Positions 27,057 to 35,771 of a stretch of DNA of 64,000 bases are shown here, piece by piece. The notes under the pieces were generated by a model. The model saw only the letters and a list, made by a program, of their open reading frames with translations, made no database searches and was not told where the DNA came from. The first letter of the stretch is position 1. The number at the start of each line of letters is the position of its first letter. Both the position numbers and the translations under genes were made by a program. Location: the NCBI GenBank assembly GCA_001791325.1, contig MGEK01000004.1, positions 8,566 through 72,565 of the forward strand. Direction: 5' to 3'. The stretch comes from Candidatus Uhrbacteria bacterium RIFCSPLOWO2_01_FULL_47_25 (GTDB lineage: Bacteria > Patescibacteriota > Patescibacteriia > GWA2-46-9).

Positions 27057-28595
27057 ATGAAAAGTGAAATTAAGTCATTTCGAGATTTGATAGTTTGGCA
27101 AAAATCTTCCAATTTAGCAACTTTAATATATGGCATTACTAACGATTTTCCCAAGAGCGAAATGTATGGTTTGACCAGTCAAATGCGCCGAGCTGTTGTA
27201 TCAGTTTCATCTAACATTGCAGAAGGCTTCAAACGAAACTCTAGAAAGGAGAAGGTACAATTCTACACAATGGCCTATGGTTCTCTTTCAGAATTAGAAA
27301 GCCAGATTGATATTTCAAAAAATCTTCACTATTTATTGGAAAGCCAATACCAAACAATAATTGAGGCAATTAACGAGGCGTCAAGGCTTTTGGACGGTAT
27401 TATTAGAGCCACTAACAGAACTCACAACGATCGTTTTTTTTCGCCTGCCATCTCTGTACTACTTGCCGTTGCGATCTCTGTATTCTATATTCAATATTCT
27501 ATATTCCCAACAGCGCCTGCCGGCGCTGTTTCGTCCGTGCGGCTTTTTTTTATTCCGGAAAATTCCGAGGTCGTTGCCGGTGATATTATAAAAAGTGACA
27601 TTTGGGTAGACACGCAGGGAAATACTATCAATGCGGTGGATATTAGTGTTTCTTATGATTCAATGGTTGAGCTTTTAAGCGCGGAGAAAAATGATTCAAT
27701 TTTGAATTTATGGGTTGAGGAACCGAGCTTTTCCGATACTACGCGCCGCGCTAAATTTACCGGCGGCCGTACTGGCGGGTTTGAGGGTCGGGGAATAATT
27801 GGGCAGTTGTATTGGAGAAATGAAAACGCCGGGGGAAAAGCAACTTTAGGCTTTGATGAGTCGTCTGTTGTTTTATTAAATGATGGATTGGGTACTCCAG
27901 CGGAGCTAGAGAGACGACAATCGGATTATAATATATTGGCCAAGGGAGAGGGTTTATTGAATTTATCTTCGGCCTCGCACCCGGATGAAAATAAATGGTA
28001 TAATCAGCCGTTTGTGCGTTTAAGTTGGCCGACAATAGAAGGCGCGATTTACAGCTATTTAGTTACGAGGGATCCGGCTCAACTACCAGATGACACGTTG
28101 GACGAGCCAGTAGGCAATATTAAGCTAAGCGACCTGACGGACGGCGTATATTATTTTAAGCTTAAACAAAAAAAACTCGGCGAAGAAGGGTGGTCCAGTG
28201 TTGTTTCCAGACAAATTAAAATTGACAAAACGCCGCCGGAATTTATTGAGGCAAAGATTTCACGTGATTCGGAACTTGTTCAAAATAAGTATTTCGCGAG
28301 CTTTGCCGCTAACGACAAGGCATCTATAGCTCGTTATGAAATAATTGAAGGGGATAGCGCTCCGGAGCCGATATTGCAGCCGCCATTTATTTTAAAAAAT
28401 CAAGATAGAAGCGTGGCCGTTACAATTAGAGCCATTGACGCGGCCGGTAATTACAAGGACATAATTATACCGGCCCTGACTTGGTGGCAAAGGCCGTCAA
28501 TTATTTTATATGTGAAAATAGGGCTTATTGTCGGGCTAGCTCTAATTGCAGCGGTGATAATAATTGTGATTATCAGGAGAAAAAAATCAATATAA
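27057..28595 (+). CDS. Four-helix-bundle domain fused to a cohesin-like, membrane-anchored protein
   Basis: IVP motifs as at 21517; VFYIQYSIFP-TAPAGA; INAVDISVSYD..LWVEEP..VLLNDGLGT; SASHPDENKWY; C-terminal TM. Confidence 0.83.
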   Translation: MKSEIKSFRDLIVWQKSSNLATLIYGITNDFPKSEMYGLTSQMRRAVVSVSSNIAEGFKRNSRKEKVQFYTMAYGSLSELESQIDISKNLHYLLESQYQTIIEAINEASRLLDGIIRATNRTHNDRFFSPAISVLLAVAISVFYIQYSIFPTAPAGAVSSVRLFFIPENSEVVAGDIIKSDIWVDTQGNTINAVDISVSYDSMVELLSAEKNDSILNLWVEEPSFSDTTRRAKFTGGRTGGFEGRGIIGQLYWRNENAGGKATLGFDESSVVLLNDGLGTPAELERRQSDYNILAKGEGLLNLSSASHPDENKWYNQPFVRLSWPTIEGAIYSYLVTRDPAQLPDDTLDEPVGNIKLSDLTDGVYYFKLKQKKLGEEGWSSVVSRQIKIDKTPPEFIEAKISRDSELVQNKYFASFAANDKASIARYEIIEGDSAPEPILQPPFILKNQDRSVAVTIRAIDAAGNYKDIIIPALTWWQRPSIILYVKIGLIVGLALIAAVIIIVIIRRKKSI

Positions 28596-28601
28596 ACATA
28601 T

Positions 28602-29996
28602 ATGCGAGGGTGGGCGCTTAAATTATTCGTTTCAATTTGCCTAATAACGCTAACGAGTGTCACTGAAGTAAATGCTGCTGGCACCGCTTCTCTATCCCTC
28701 TCGCCGTCACAGGGCGCGTTTATTGTTGGCAACTCTTTTGATGTTTCCATATTTGTTAATACCAATGGCAATGATATTAATACGATAGAGGTTAATGTAA
28801 AATTTTCGCCAGATACCTTGCAAATAGTCAGTCCCAGCGCCGGTCAATCATTTATTTCGGTATGGATTACCCAACCTACGTTTTCCAATGAGCAGGGGAC
28901 TATTCATTTTGCCGGAGGGCTTCCTTCGCCAGGCATTAATACCACGGCTGGACTTGTTTCCACTATAACATTTAGGGCAAAAGCTCCGGGCACTGGCACC
29001 ATAGAAATTTTACCTAACTCAAAAGTTCTCTTGAACGACGGAAAGGGAACAAATATTTTAACTTCAGTTACCAAGGGCTCATACAGTCTAACTTTAGCGG
29101 CTCCTGGCGGTCCAGAAATTTCGTCCTCTACTCATCCTGACCAAAACGCCTGGTATAAAAACAATAATCCGGTTTTTAGCTGGACACGAGGTTTAAGCGC
29201 GGCGCAACCGGTTGAAAATATGACGGAATTTAGCTGGTGGTTTGATCAGGATCCAAGAGGGTATGCTGATAATAAAGCTGACGGAACGGGCTTAAACGCT
29301 TCATATAGCGACGTTCAGAGTGGTATTTGGTATTTCCACGTAAAAGGCAAAATTAGCGATTTATGGGGGCAACAAAGCTCATACGCGGTGCGTATAGATA
29401 ACACGCCGCCAGCCGCTTTTACGCCAAACATATCGCCGGACGGATCAAAGCCAAATGAGCGGCGCATCGTGTCATTTACTACTACTGATCAGCATTCCGG
29501 CCTTGATCATTACGAAGTTAAAGTATTGCCGCTTGATGAAAATACTGGCGCGGAGCCATTTTTTACTGAACATACGAGTCCGTGGCTGACCACTTCTTTG
29601 GGTATTGGTCGCTATCAAATAATTGTGCGCGCTTTTGACAAGGCTGGGAACTGGCAGGATGGGACTTTGACAATCACGAATGAACCGCCGCCGCCAACCT
29701 TAAAAGAGAAATTCAATCAGGGTATTATAGTGAATGGAAGATTCATTGCCTGGTGGATGATTCTTACCGGCAGTATTATTTTATTGCTGTTACTGCTGCT
29801 CATTTTGATATTGTGGCGCCGCGCGCATGAGGATGTTTCAGAGCAAATACAAGAGACTTTGGAAAAAGCGCACGAGCGCTTGCGGCGCCAGCATGGAAAA
29901 ATTGCCGCTGAACTTAAAGAAGAAGAGGAGGTTAAAGAAGTGTTAAGTCAGGAATTAAAAGATTTAGAAAAGGACGATCACGATAAGGGAGAGTAG
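28602..29996 (+). CDS. Cohesin-domain membrane-anchored surface protein
   Basis: Signal peptide; ASLSLSP..VG.SFDVSI; TITFRAK; VLLNDGKGT; SSTHPDQNAWY; TM and coiled-coil tail. Confidence 0.8.
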   Translation: MRGWALKLFVSICLITLTSVTEVNAAGTASLSLSPSQGAFIVGNSFDVSIFVNTNGNDINTIEVNVKFSPDTLQIVSPSAGQSFISVWITQPTFSNEQGTIHFAGGLPSPGINTTAGLVSTITFRAKAPGTGTIEILPNSKVLLNDGKGTNILTSVTKGSYSLTLAAPGGPEISSSTHPDQNAWYKNNNPVFSWTRGLSAAQPVENMTEFSWWFDQDPRGYADNKADGTGLNASYSDVQSGIWYFHVKGKISDLWGQQSSYAVRIDNTPPAAFTPNISPDGSKPNERRIVSFTTTDQHSGLDHYEVKVLPLDENTGAEPFFTEHTSPWLTTSLGIGRYQIIVRAFDKAGNWQDGTLTITNEPPPPTLKEKFNQGIIVNGRFIAWWMILTGSIILLLLLLLILILWRRAHEDVSEQIQETLEKAHERLRRQHGKIAAELKEEEEVKEVLSQELKDLEKDDHDKGE

Positions 29997-30018
29997 CGGG
30001 TAGTGGCAGTTTTGAGTT

Positions 30019-30122
30019 GAAGAATATAGAATATTGAATATGGAATATGGGTATTGAACCGCGAAGAATATAGAATTTAGAATATGGGTTTGAAATTAGA
30101 AGATATAGAATTCAGAATATAG
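30019..30122 (+). repeat. GAATAT(N) heptamer arrays
   Basis: gaatata gaatatt gaatatg gaatatg ... gaatata gaattta gaatatg. Confidence 0.88.
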
Positions 30123-30126
30123 GTGT

Positions 30127-31527
30127 ATGAAAAGCGAAATTAAATCGTTTAGAGATTTGATTGTGTGGCAGAAGGCAGCCGCCCTTGTGTTGATCGCTAT
30201 ATTCTATATTCTATATTCTATATTCCCAATCTCGCCAGCTAACGCTGGCTCTGCCTCACTCTCATTGGTTTCCTCAAAGCGAACTTACACCGTCGGCGAA
30301 AATGTCGCGGTTAGCGTTATTTTGAGCACGGGAGATGTTAGCATTAACGCGGCAAGCGCTACGATTACGTTTGACCAAAAGAAGCTCTCAGTAGTAAGCG
30401 TTTCTCGTTCCGGTTCAGTCTTCACTTTATGGGCGGAAGAACCAACCTTTTCAAATTCTCAAGGAGTAATTAGTTTGGGCGGAGGGTTGCCAACGCCGGG
30501 TTTTTCCGGTAGGGGAGCGATTATTATCAGAATTACTTTTCGGGCAAAAGAAGAAGGCACAACGGCTGTCAGATTTGCCGGCGGAACGGTTTTGGCGAAT
30601 GACGGACTGGGCACTAATGTTTTAGCAGGACTCACTGGTCTTGATTTAACTATTCAGGGAAGGGCGGTCGTTACAACGCCGCCGGAGAAACCCCTAGAAA
30701 GAGCGCCGGTTGTTACCCCACCAGGTCAAGTGCCGTTGGCGCCGGTTATTTTGTCGCGTACGCATCCTGACGAGTCTGGTTGGTATCGCAATGCCCAGCC
30801 GGGTATTATTTGGGAATTACCGTCTGATGCTAAGGGAGTAAGTGTTAGTATTGATCAAAACGCGAATGGTGATCCCGGCACAACCTCTGAAGGGCTATTT
30901 AACTTTTACAGCGCCAAGGAGCCGCTTAAAGATGGCGTTTGGTACGCCCATGTCAGGGTAAGCAATAGTCGCGGTTGGGGGGCGATTGGTCATTACCGCT
31001 TAGCTATTGATACCGCGCCGCCGATGATTACAACGGCAAAATTGGTGTTTGAAGCAGCCAGAACCAAGGCCATAGAATTTGCCACTAGCGACCCCTTATC
31101 ATCAACCGACTATGTATCTATTTTAGTCAATGGAGAACAGGTCGCCTCGCAAGCTAGCTCGCCATACACCTTACCGTCATTAATTCCCGGCAATCATGTG
31201 ATTACAGTAATAGCCTATGATAAAGCAGGCAATAAAGCGTCCCAGGATCTCTATTTGAGCATTTTGAGCCAAGAAATATCAAGCGCGCCAAGAACAAGTC
31301 TTTTAATCATTATCATTCTTATTCTCGCCTTGATTTTGCTGGTTATATTTATCATCTGGCACTTCTATGAACGCCATCATCGCCGGGCCATTTTGGAAGA
31401 ATTAGCCAAAACCAGGCGAGAGCTTAAAGGAATGTCGCAAAAGTTACGCTCACTGGAGGGTAAATTAAATGCCCATGCTAATGCAAATGTCAGTGAAAAG
31501 TCCCAAACAACAATTAAAAAAATATAG
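30127..31527 (+). CDS. Cohesin-domain surface protein whose signal peptide is a deleted four-helix-bundle cassette
   Basis: MKSEIKSFRDLIVWQKA joined to LVLIAIFYILYSIFPISPANA; cohesin-like body; TM and coiled-coil tail. Confidence 0.83.
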   Translation: MKSEIKSFRDLIVWQKAAALVLIAIFYILYSIFPISPANAGSASLSLVSSKRTYTVGENVAVSVILSTGDVSINAASATITFDQKKLSVVSVSRSGSVFTLWAEEPTFSNSQGVISLGGGLPTPGFSGRGAIIIRITFRAKEEGTTAVRFAGGTVLANDGLGTNVLAGLTGLDLTIQGRAVVTTPPEKPLERAPVVTPPGQVPLAPVILSRTHPDESGWYRNAQPGIIWELPSDAKGVSVSIDQNANGDPGTTSEGLFNFYSAKEPLKDGVWYAHVRVSNSRGWGAIGHYRLAIDTAPPMITTAKLVFEAARTKAIEFATSDPLSSTDYVSILVNGEQVASQASSPYTLPSLIPGNHVITVIAYDKAGNKASQDLYLSILSQEISSAPRTSLLIIIILILALILLVIFIIWHFYERHHRRAILEELAKTRRELKGMSQKLRSLEGKLNAHANANVSEKSQTTIKKI

Positions 31528-31578
31528 GTCGTAAGATGTCAGATAGTAGTTAGGAGTGTTTGTAATTAATATCAACCA

Positions 31579-31610
31579 GAAACTATCATACTATATAGTA
31601 TGATAGTTTC
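31579..31610. repeat. Perfect 32-bp palindrome, with a second copy at 51294-51325
   Basis: gaaactatcatactat|atagtatgatagtttc. Confidence 0.9.
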
Positions 31611-31661
31611 CGCACAAGAGGTGCTAGAAACACCCACAATGAACATGGGCATTCGCGTGCC

Positions 31662-31690
31662 TTGACTGTATCGTTAGGTTTTTGTAATAT
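31662..31690 (+). promoter_or_regulatory. Sigma70-like promoter for rplU
   Basis: TTGACT-17 bp-TAATAT. Confidence 0.5.
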
Positions 31691-31697
31691 GTATGAA

Positions 31698-31803
31698 TCC
31701 CGCACCATGGCTTAACGGCCATGGTATCTGATTAACACTCTTCGGGAATTTTTTAGACATTATGACCCACGCTGATGCGTGGGGTATCCTGCATGGTGCT
31801 GGA
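31698..31803. mobile_element. Hairpin mini-element, subfamily C (CCCGCACCATG)
   Basis: tcccgcaccatg/catggtgctgga; exact 4-bp duplication TGAA. Confidence 0.78.
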
Positions 31804-31833
31804 TGAACTTAAACTCGCATTATAAATAAAGAT

Positions 31834-32148
31834 ATGAATACAGCCGTCATCAAAACTGGGGGTAAACAATATTTGGTTAAGCCTGACCAACGACTTAAGG
31901 TTGAAAAACTAACCGGTGAAGTCGGCGCGGAGGTAGTTTTTAGCGACGTTTTGTTGGTTGCCAATAATGATCAGCTTATAGTCGGTCAACCAGTGGTAAA
32001 AGAGGCAAAAGTGACAGCCACGATTGCCAAGCAGGGTAGAGGCAAAAAAATTATCGTGCAAAAATATAAACCCAAAGTTCGTTATCAAAGGAAGCGCGGT
32101 CATCGTCAACCGTTCACAGAGATCGTTATTGGAAATATAGAGTATTAA
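31834..32148 (+). CDS. rplU: 50S ribosomal protein L21
   Basis: AVIKTGGKQYLV; GHRQPFT. Confidence 0.98.
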   Translation: MNTAVIKTGGKQYLVKPDQRLKVEKLTGEVGAEVVFSDVLLVANNDQLIVGQPVVKEAKVTATIAKQGRGKKIIVQKYKPKVRYQRKRGHRQPFTEIVIGNIEY

Positions 32149-32253
32149 CCCCATTAGAGAATGCCCCGCCCCGCTACGCCACGGCGGGGTGCGGGGTGCA
32201 ATTTTCCCATACGAGCACGGGGTCTAATGCCCCGTGCGAGTTCTCTAACGGGG
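32149..32253. mobile_element. Hairpin mini-element, subfamily B, at the rplU stop codon
   Basis: ccccattagagaa/ttctctaacgggg; TTAA duplicated; homologous to 35433-35533 and 62245-62348. Confidence 0.82.
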
Positions 32254-32259
32254 TTAACT

Positions 32260-32319
32260 TACGAAAATACGAAATAATACGAAAGTACGAAATTGATCTT
32301 GACTTACGAAAGTACGAAA
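32260..32319. repeat. Orphan TACGAAA array (6 copies)
   Basis: tacgaaa at 32260, 32268, 32278, 32286, 32305 and 32313. Confidence 0.85.
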
Positions 32320-32322
32320 AGA

Positions 32323-32922
32323 TTAGATTTCTTTTCTATTAAGGAAAGCGCTTTGCAATGTTGCTTCATCCGCGTATTCCAGCCGTGAGCCAGTGGGCAG
32401 GCCTCTGGCTAGACGCGTAATTTTGATTTTAGTTGGTTTTAATAGTTTGGCTAAGTATAAGGCCGTGGCGTCTCCTTCTAAATTGTTATTAAGCGCTAAA
32501 ATAATCTCAATAATTCCGTCTGATTTAATTCTTTCATAAAGCTCTTTAAATCTAAGCTGTTTAGGATTAATGCCCTCAATTGGGTTAAGTAGGCCCCCTA
32601 GCACAAAGTATAGCCCGTGGTAAAGATTTGTTTGTTCAATGGGAAAAATATCGCGCCCTTCGGCAACCACGCATAATTCCATCTTGTTTCTTTTGACATT
32701 ACCGCATATAGAGCAGATTGATTTCTCGCTAAATTGTCCGCATTGTTTACAGGCAGTGACTTGTTTGTGAAGATTTAAAATTGAAGTAGCCAACAGCGCG
32801 GCTGTTTCTTGTTTGCCTTGCAACAGCGAAAAGGCAAATCTTTCCGCGGTACGGCGTCCAATGCCGGGTAAAACCATAAAGGCTTCAATGGCGCGACGTA
32901 ATGGTTCTGGATAGCGAGACAT
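32323..32922 (-). CDS. recR: Recombination mediator RecR; start at MSRYP
   Basis: LPGIGRRTAER HhH motif; C4 Zn finger; Toprim CVVAE; EGDATALY; LEYADE. Confidence 0.96.
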   Translation of the reverse strand: MSRYPEPLRRAIEAFMVLPGIGRRTAERFAFSLLQGKQETAALLATSILNLHKQVTACKQCGQFSEKSICSICGNVKRNKMELCVVAEGRDIFPIEQTNLYHGLYFVLGGLLNPIEGINPKQLRFKELYERIKSDGIIEIILALNNNLEGDATALYLAKLLKPTKIKITRLARGLPTGSRLEYADEATLQSAFLNRKEI

Positions 32923-32923
32923 A

Positions 32924-33065
32924 CCCCGTATATCAACATTCATAGGCAAACACTGCACGGCGTTTGCCAATCAATATAAGCTGATACCCAATGTTTATTA
33001 GATATTGGTAATCAGCAAAGAAGTTCATATGATAACAATTTTGTAATGAATGTTGTATTACGGGG
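32924..33065. mobile_element. Hairpin mini-element at the recR start codon
   Basis: Imperfect 20-bp TIR ccccgtatatcaacattcat/atgaatgttgtattacgggg; CATA (TATG on the gene strand) duplicated. Confidence 0.75.
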
Positions 33066-33093
33066 CATAGCAGTTGGAGCTATAAGCCGTAAG

Positions 33094-34479
33094 CTAAAAT
33101 ACCGGCACTCCTTGATCCTGCTGCCGCTCAAGATTTTGGAAGCTTACTCGGCCTTCGTCAAAGTATAATTCCACGACACCAGTCGGTCCATTACGGTGTT
33201 TTTCTATTCTAATTTGAGCAATATTACGTTCCTCTGGCGATACATCGCGAACGCTGCGATCCATGGCCTTCCTGTATATAAATAAAACAACGTCCGCGTC
33301 TTGCTCTATGGTTCCAGAATCGCGCAAGTCGGCGAGTTTAGGAATGGCCGGACTACGAGCTTCCACCGCCCTAGACAGTTGCGACAACGCTAATATCGGT
33401 ATATTTAACTCACGCGCCAAGCTTTTAAGGGCTCTGGTGATTTCAGATATTTCTTGCACGCGGTTGTCTGATTTGGTGCGCGATTCCATAAGTTGTAAAT
33501 AATCAATTATCAGTAGCCCCAGTCCTTTTTCCATCTGTAAACGGCGGGCTCTGGCGCGTATTTCCATAATATTAGCCGTGGCTCCGTCGTCAATATATAT
33601 TGGAGCATTAGATAAAACATCCATAGCGTGACCAATTCGGCTAAAATCATTATCGTCGCCTTTGTCAGAAAGACGACCAGTGCGCATTCGCCAGAGATCA
33701 ACGCCCGCCTCAGCGCACAGCATTCTATCCACAAGCTGTTCTTTAGACATTTCCAGACTAAAAATACCAACCGGTATTTTTGACTGAATAGCGGCATGGC
33801 GAGCTATATCCAGAGCTAATGAGGTTTTACCAACCGAGGGCCGCGCGGCAAGTATAATTAAATCTGATTTTTGCATACCAGCCAGCTTAGCGTCCAACTC
33901 TTTAAATTGCGTTGGTATTCCCCTGAGCTTCCCTCCTTCATGATGTAATTCATCAATGCGTTCAAATGCTTCGTTGAGCAGTGATTTTATTGATATGAAG
34001 ACATGGCGAAGATATTTTTGAGTGACAGAAAACAATGTTCGTTCGGCTTGATCTAAAGTGTTATCAATATCTGGTTCCTCTTCGTATCCTAGACCAGTAA
34101 TTTTTACACCCGCTTCCAGTAGCCGCCGAAGAGTCGCCTTCCGTTGAACAATACCAGCATAGTTATCCGCATGGGCGGCCGTGGGCACGGCGTTTACCAA
34201 GCTGACTAGGTAACTTTGACCGCCTATAATTTGAAGTTGCTTTTTTTCATCCAGACGGTTGCTGATGCTTAGTATATCTATTGGTTCATGTTTTAAGAAA
34301 AGATCCATCATGGCCTCATAAATAAAGCGATGAGCATCCCTGTAAAAATCTTCTGCCGTGACAAGATCAATAACCCTAAAGACCGCTTCTTTGTCCAGCA
34401 ATAGGGCGCCCAGTAAGGACTGTTCAGCCTCCAAATTTTGGGGCGGTACTTTGATTACTTCATTTGTATCTGCGGGCAT
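33094..34479 (-). CDS. dnaB: Replicative DNA helicase
   Basis: PPQNLEAEQS; AARPSVGKT; IDYLQLM; LSQLSR; DLRDSGTIEQDAD; KHRNGPTG. Confidence 0.98.
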   Translation of the reverse strand: MPADTNEVIKVPPQNLEAEQSLLGALLLDKEAVFRVIDLVTAEDFYRDAHRFIYEAMMDLFLKHEPIDILSISNRLDEKKQLQIIGGQSYLVSLVNAVPTAAHADNYAGIVQRKATLRRLLEAGVKITGLGYEEEPDIDNTLDQAERTLFSVTQKYLRHVFISIKSLLNEAFERIDELHHEGGKLRGIPTQFKELDAKLAGMQKSDLIILAARPSVGKTSLALDIARHAAIQSKIPVGIFSLEMSKEQLVDRMLCAEAGVDLWRMRTGRLSDKGDDNDFSRIGHAMDVLSNAPIYIDDGATANIMEIRARARRLQMEKGLGLLIIDYLQLMESRTKSDNRVQEISEITRALKSLARELNIPILALSQLSRAVEARSPAIPKLADLRDSGTIEQDADVVLFIYRKAMDRSVRDVSPEERNIAQIRIEKHRNGPTGVVELYFDEGRVSFQNLERQQDQGVPVF

Positions 34480-34480
34480 A

Positions 34481-34602
34481 CCCCGTTAGAAGCCCTCGGC
34501 CCCGCTATGCGGGGCTGTGGTGATTAAAATATTTAATTGGTTGATAGATTGTACCATAACTATAAGGATTGATGATTATATTAAATTAGGCTTCTAACGG
34601 GG
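34481..34602. mobile_element. Hairpin mini-element, subfamily A, at the dnaB start codon
   Basis: ccccgttagaagcc/ggcttctaacgggg; CATA duplicated. Confidence 0.82.
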
Positions 34603-34713
34603 CATACTGTTAACTTTATAACGGGCTTATGCTTTGGGCAAGAGGAAAGAATGGGGGCTGTCTGTGGATTATTGCGTTTATGTGCCTTATGCTATCATAT
34701 AAAGCAGTAATAT

Positions 34714-35397
34714 ATGTATGAACACACATTGGGGCAAGTGCTTTGGTTGGCCTTTCGAGATACAATTGAAAGCCTGCTTATATATTTGCCTTTAGTTTTT
34801 GGGGGATTATTGATATTTGTAGGCGGATGGGTGGCGGCTGGATTGATTGGCCGAGGGGTAGAGCGTTTAGGGGAATATTTGGGGCTAGATTACGTTTGGG
34901 AAAGGTTACGACTGAATGAGCCATTGATGTATATATGGCCAAAGCAGGCCATATCTCACGCTTTGGGGATGCTTGTTCGCTGGCTTTTGATCTTTTTATT
35001 GCTATCGGCCGTAGCTGAGGCGTTACATTTGTCTGCCGTGACAGGCTTCCTGCAATCACTAGTTAGTTATCTGCCGCACCTCGTGTCGGCTATAGTAATT
35101 TTAATGATCGGCGTGCTAGCAGCCGGTGTTTTGGATAAATTGACGACCATTGGCGTGGTGGCTACTCGCTTTGGGCCGAGTGATTTGCTTGGGGCTGTTA
35201 TTCGCTGGAGTGTTTTGATTTTTTCTTTCTTGGCCGCCGCTAGAGAACTGGGCGTTTCTAATGATTTAATCCAAACGGTAATAACAGGATTTGTGGCTAT
35301 GTTGGCTATAGCCGGAGGCATTGCTTTTGGTCTTGGCGGTAAAGATTATGTGACTGGTCTTATCAGTAAAATTAATCGTGACTTCACGCGCCAATAA
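34714..35397 (+). CDS. MscS-associated TM-helix (CmpX-like) membrane protein
   Basis: Repeated YLP.....L.I..G TM motif; AGGIAFGLGGKD. Confidence 0.75.
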   Translation: MYEHTLGQVLWLAFRDTIESLLIYLPLVFGGLLIFVGGWVAAGLIGRGVERLGEYLGLDYVWERLRLNEPLMYIWPKQAISHALGMLVRWLLIFLLLSAVAEALHLSAVTGFLQSLVSYLPHLVSAIVILMIGVLAAGVLDKLTTIGVVATRFGPSDLLGAVIRWSVLIFSFLAAARELGVSNDLIQTVITGFVAMLAIAGGIAFGLGGKDYVTGLISKINRDFTRQ

Positions 35398-35432
35398 TTA
35401 AAACTAAAGCTTATCTTTATGCGCTTAATTTA

Positions 35433-35533
35433 CCCCGTTAGAGAATGCCCCGCTCCGCCCCGCCGCGGCGGGGTGCAATTTCCCCGTACGAGCACGACGG
35501 GGTCTAATGCCCCGTGCGAGTTCTCTAACGGGG
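35433..35533. mobile_element. Hairpin mini-element, subfamily B
   Basis: ccccgttagagaa/ttctctaacgggg; flanks TTTA/TTTG. Confidence 0.82.
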
Positions 35534-35573
35534 TTTGCTAGATTATTGGCATCTGTTTTATATTCAGATCCGT

Positions 35574-35648
35574 GGGTCCGTAGCTCAATGGTAGAGCAAG
35601 AGCCTTTTAAGCTCGAGGTTCTGGGTTCGAGTCCCAGCGGACCCACCA
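35574..35648 (+). tRNA. tRNA-Lys(TTT)
   Basis: gggtccg/cggaccc acceptor; ctTTTaa loop; GGTTCGAGTCC; encoded CCA. Confidence 0.95.
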
Positions 35649-35771
35649 TAGATAGAGATATAAATAAAATAAAAAGTTCTAGTTGTGATATTATTTTTTA
35701 TAATATGACACTATGGGGCGGGCATAGGGTATTCTGGAAGGTGCGGGATAAATCTATTTAGTAATTATCAA

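Noticed and set aside
21517-27420. Avd-like genes as a diversity-generating retroelement
   Set aside because: No reverse transcriptase and no TR/VR pair with adenine-specific mismatches seen in the window.
35425-35761. ORFs 35425-35649 and 35507-35761 (and similarly 38005-38187)
   Set aside because: Translations of tRNA genes and hairpin elements.
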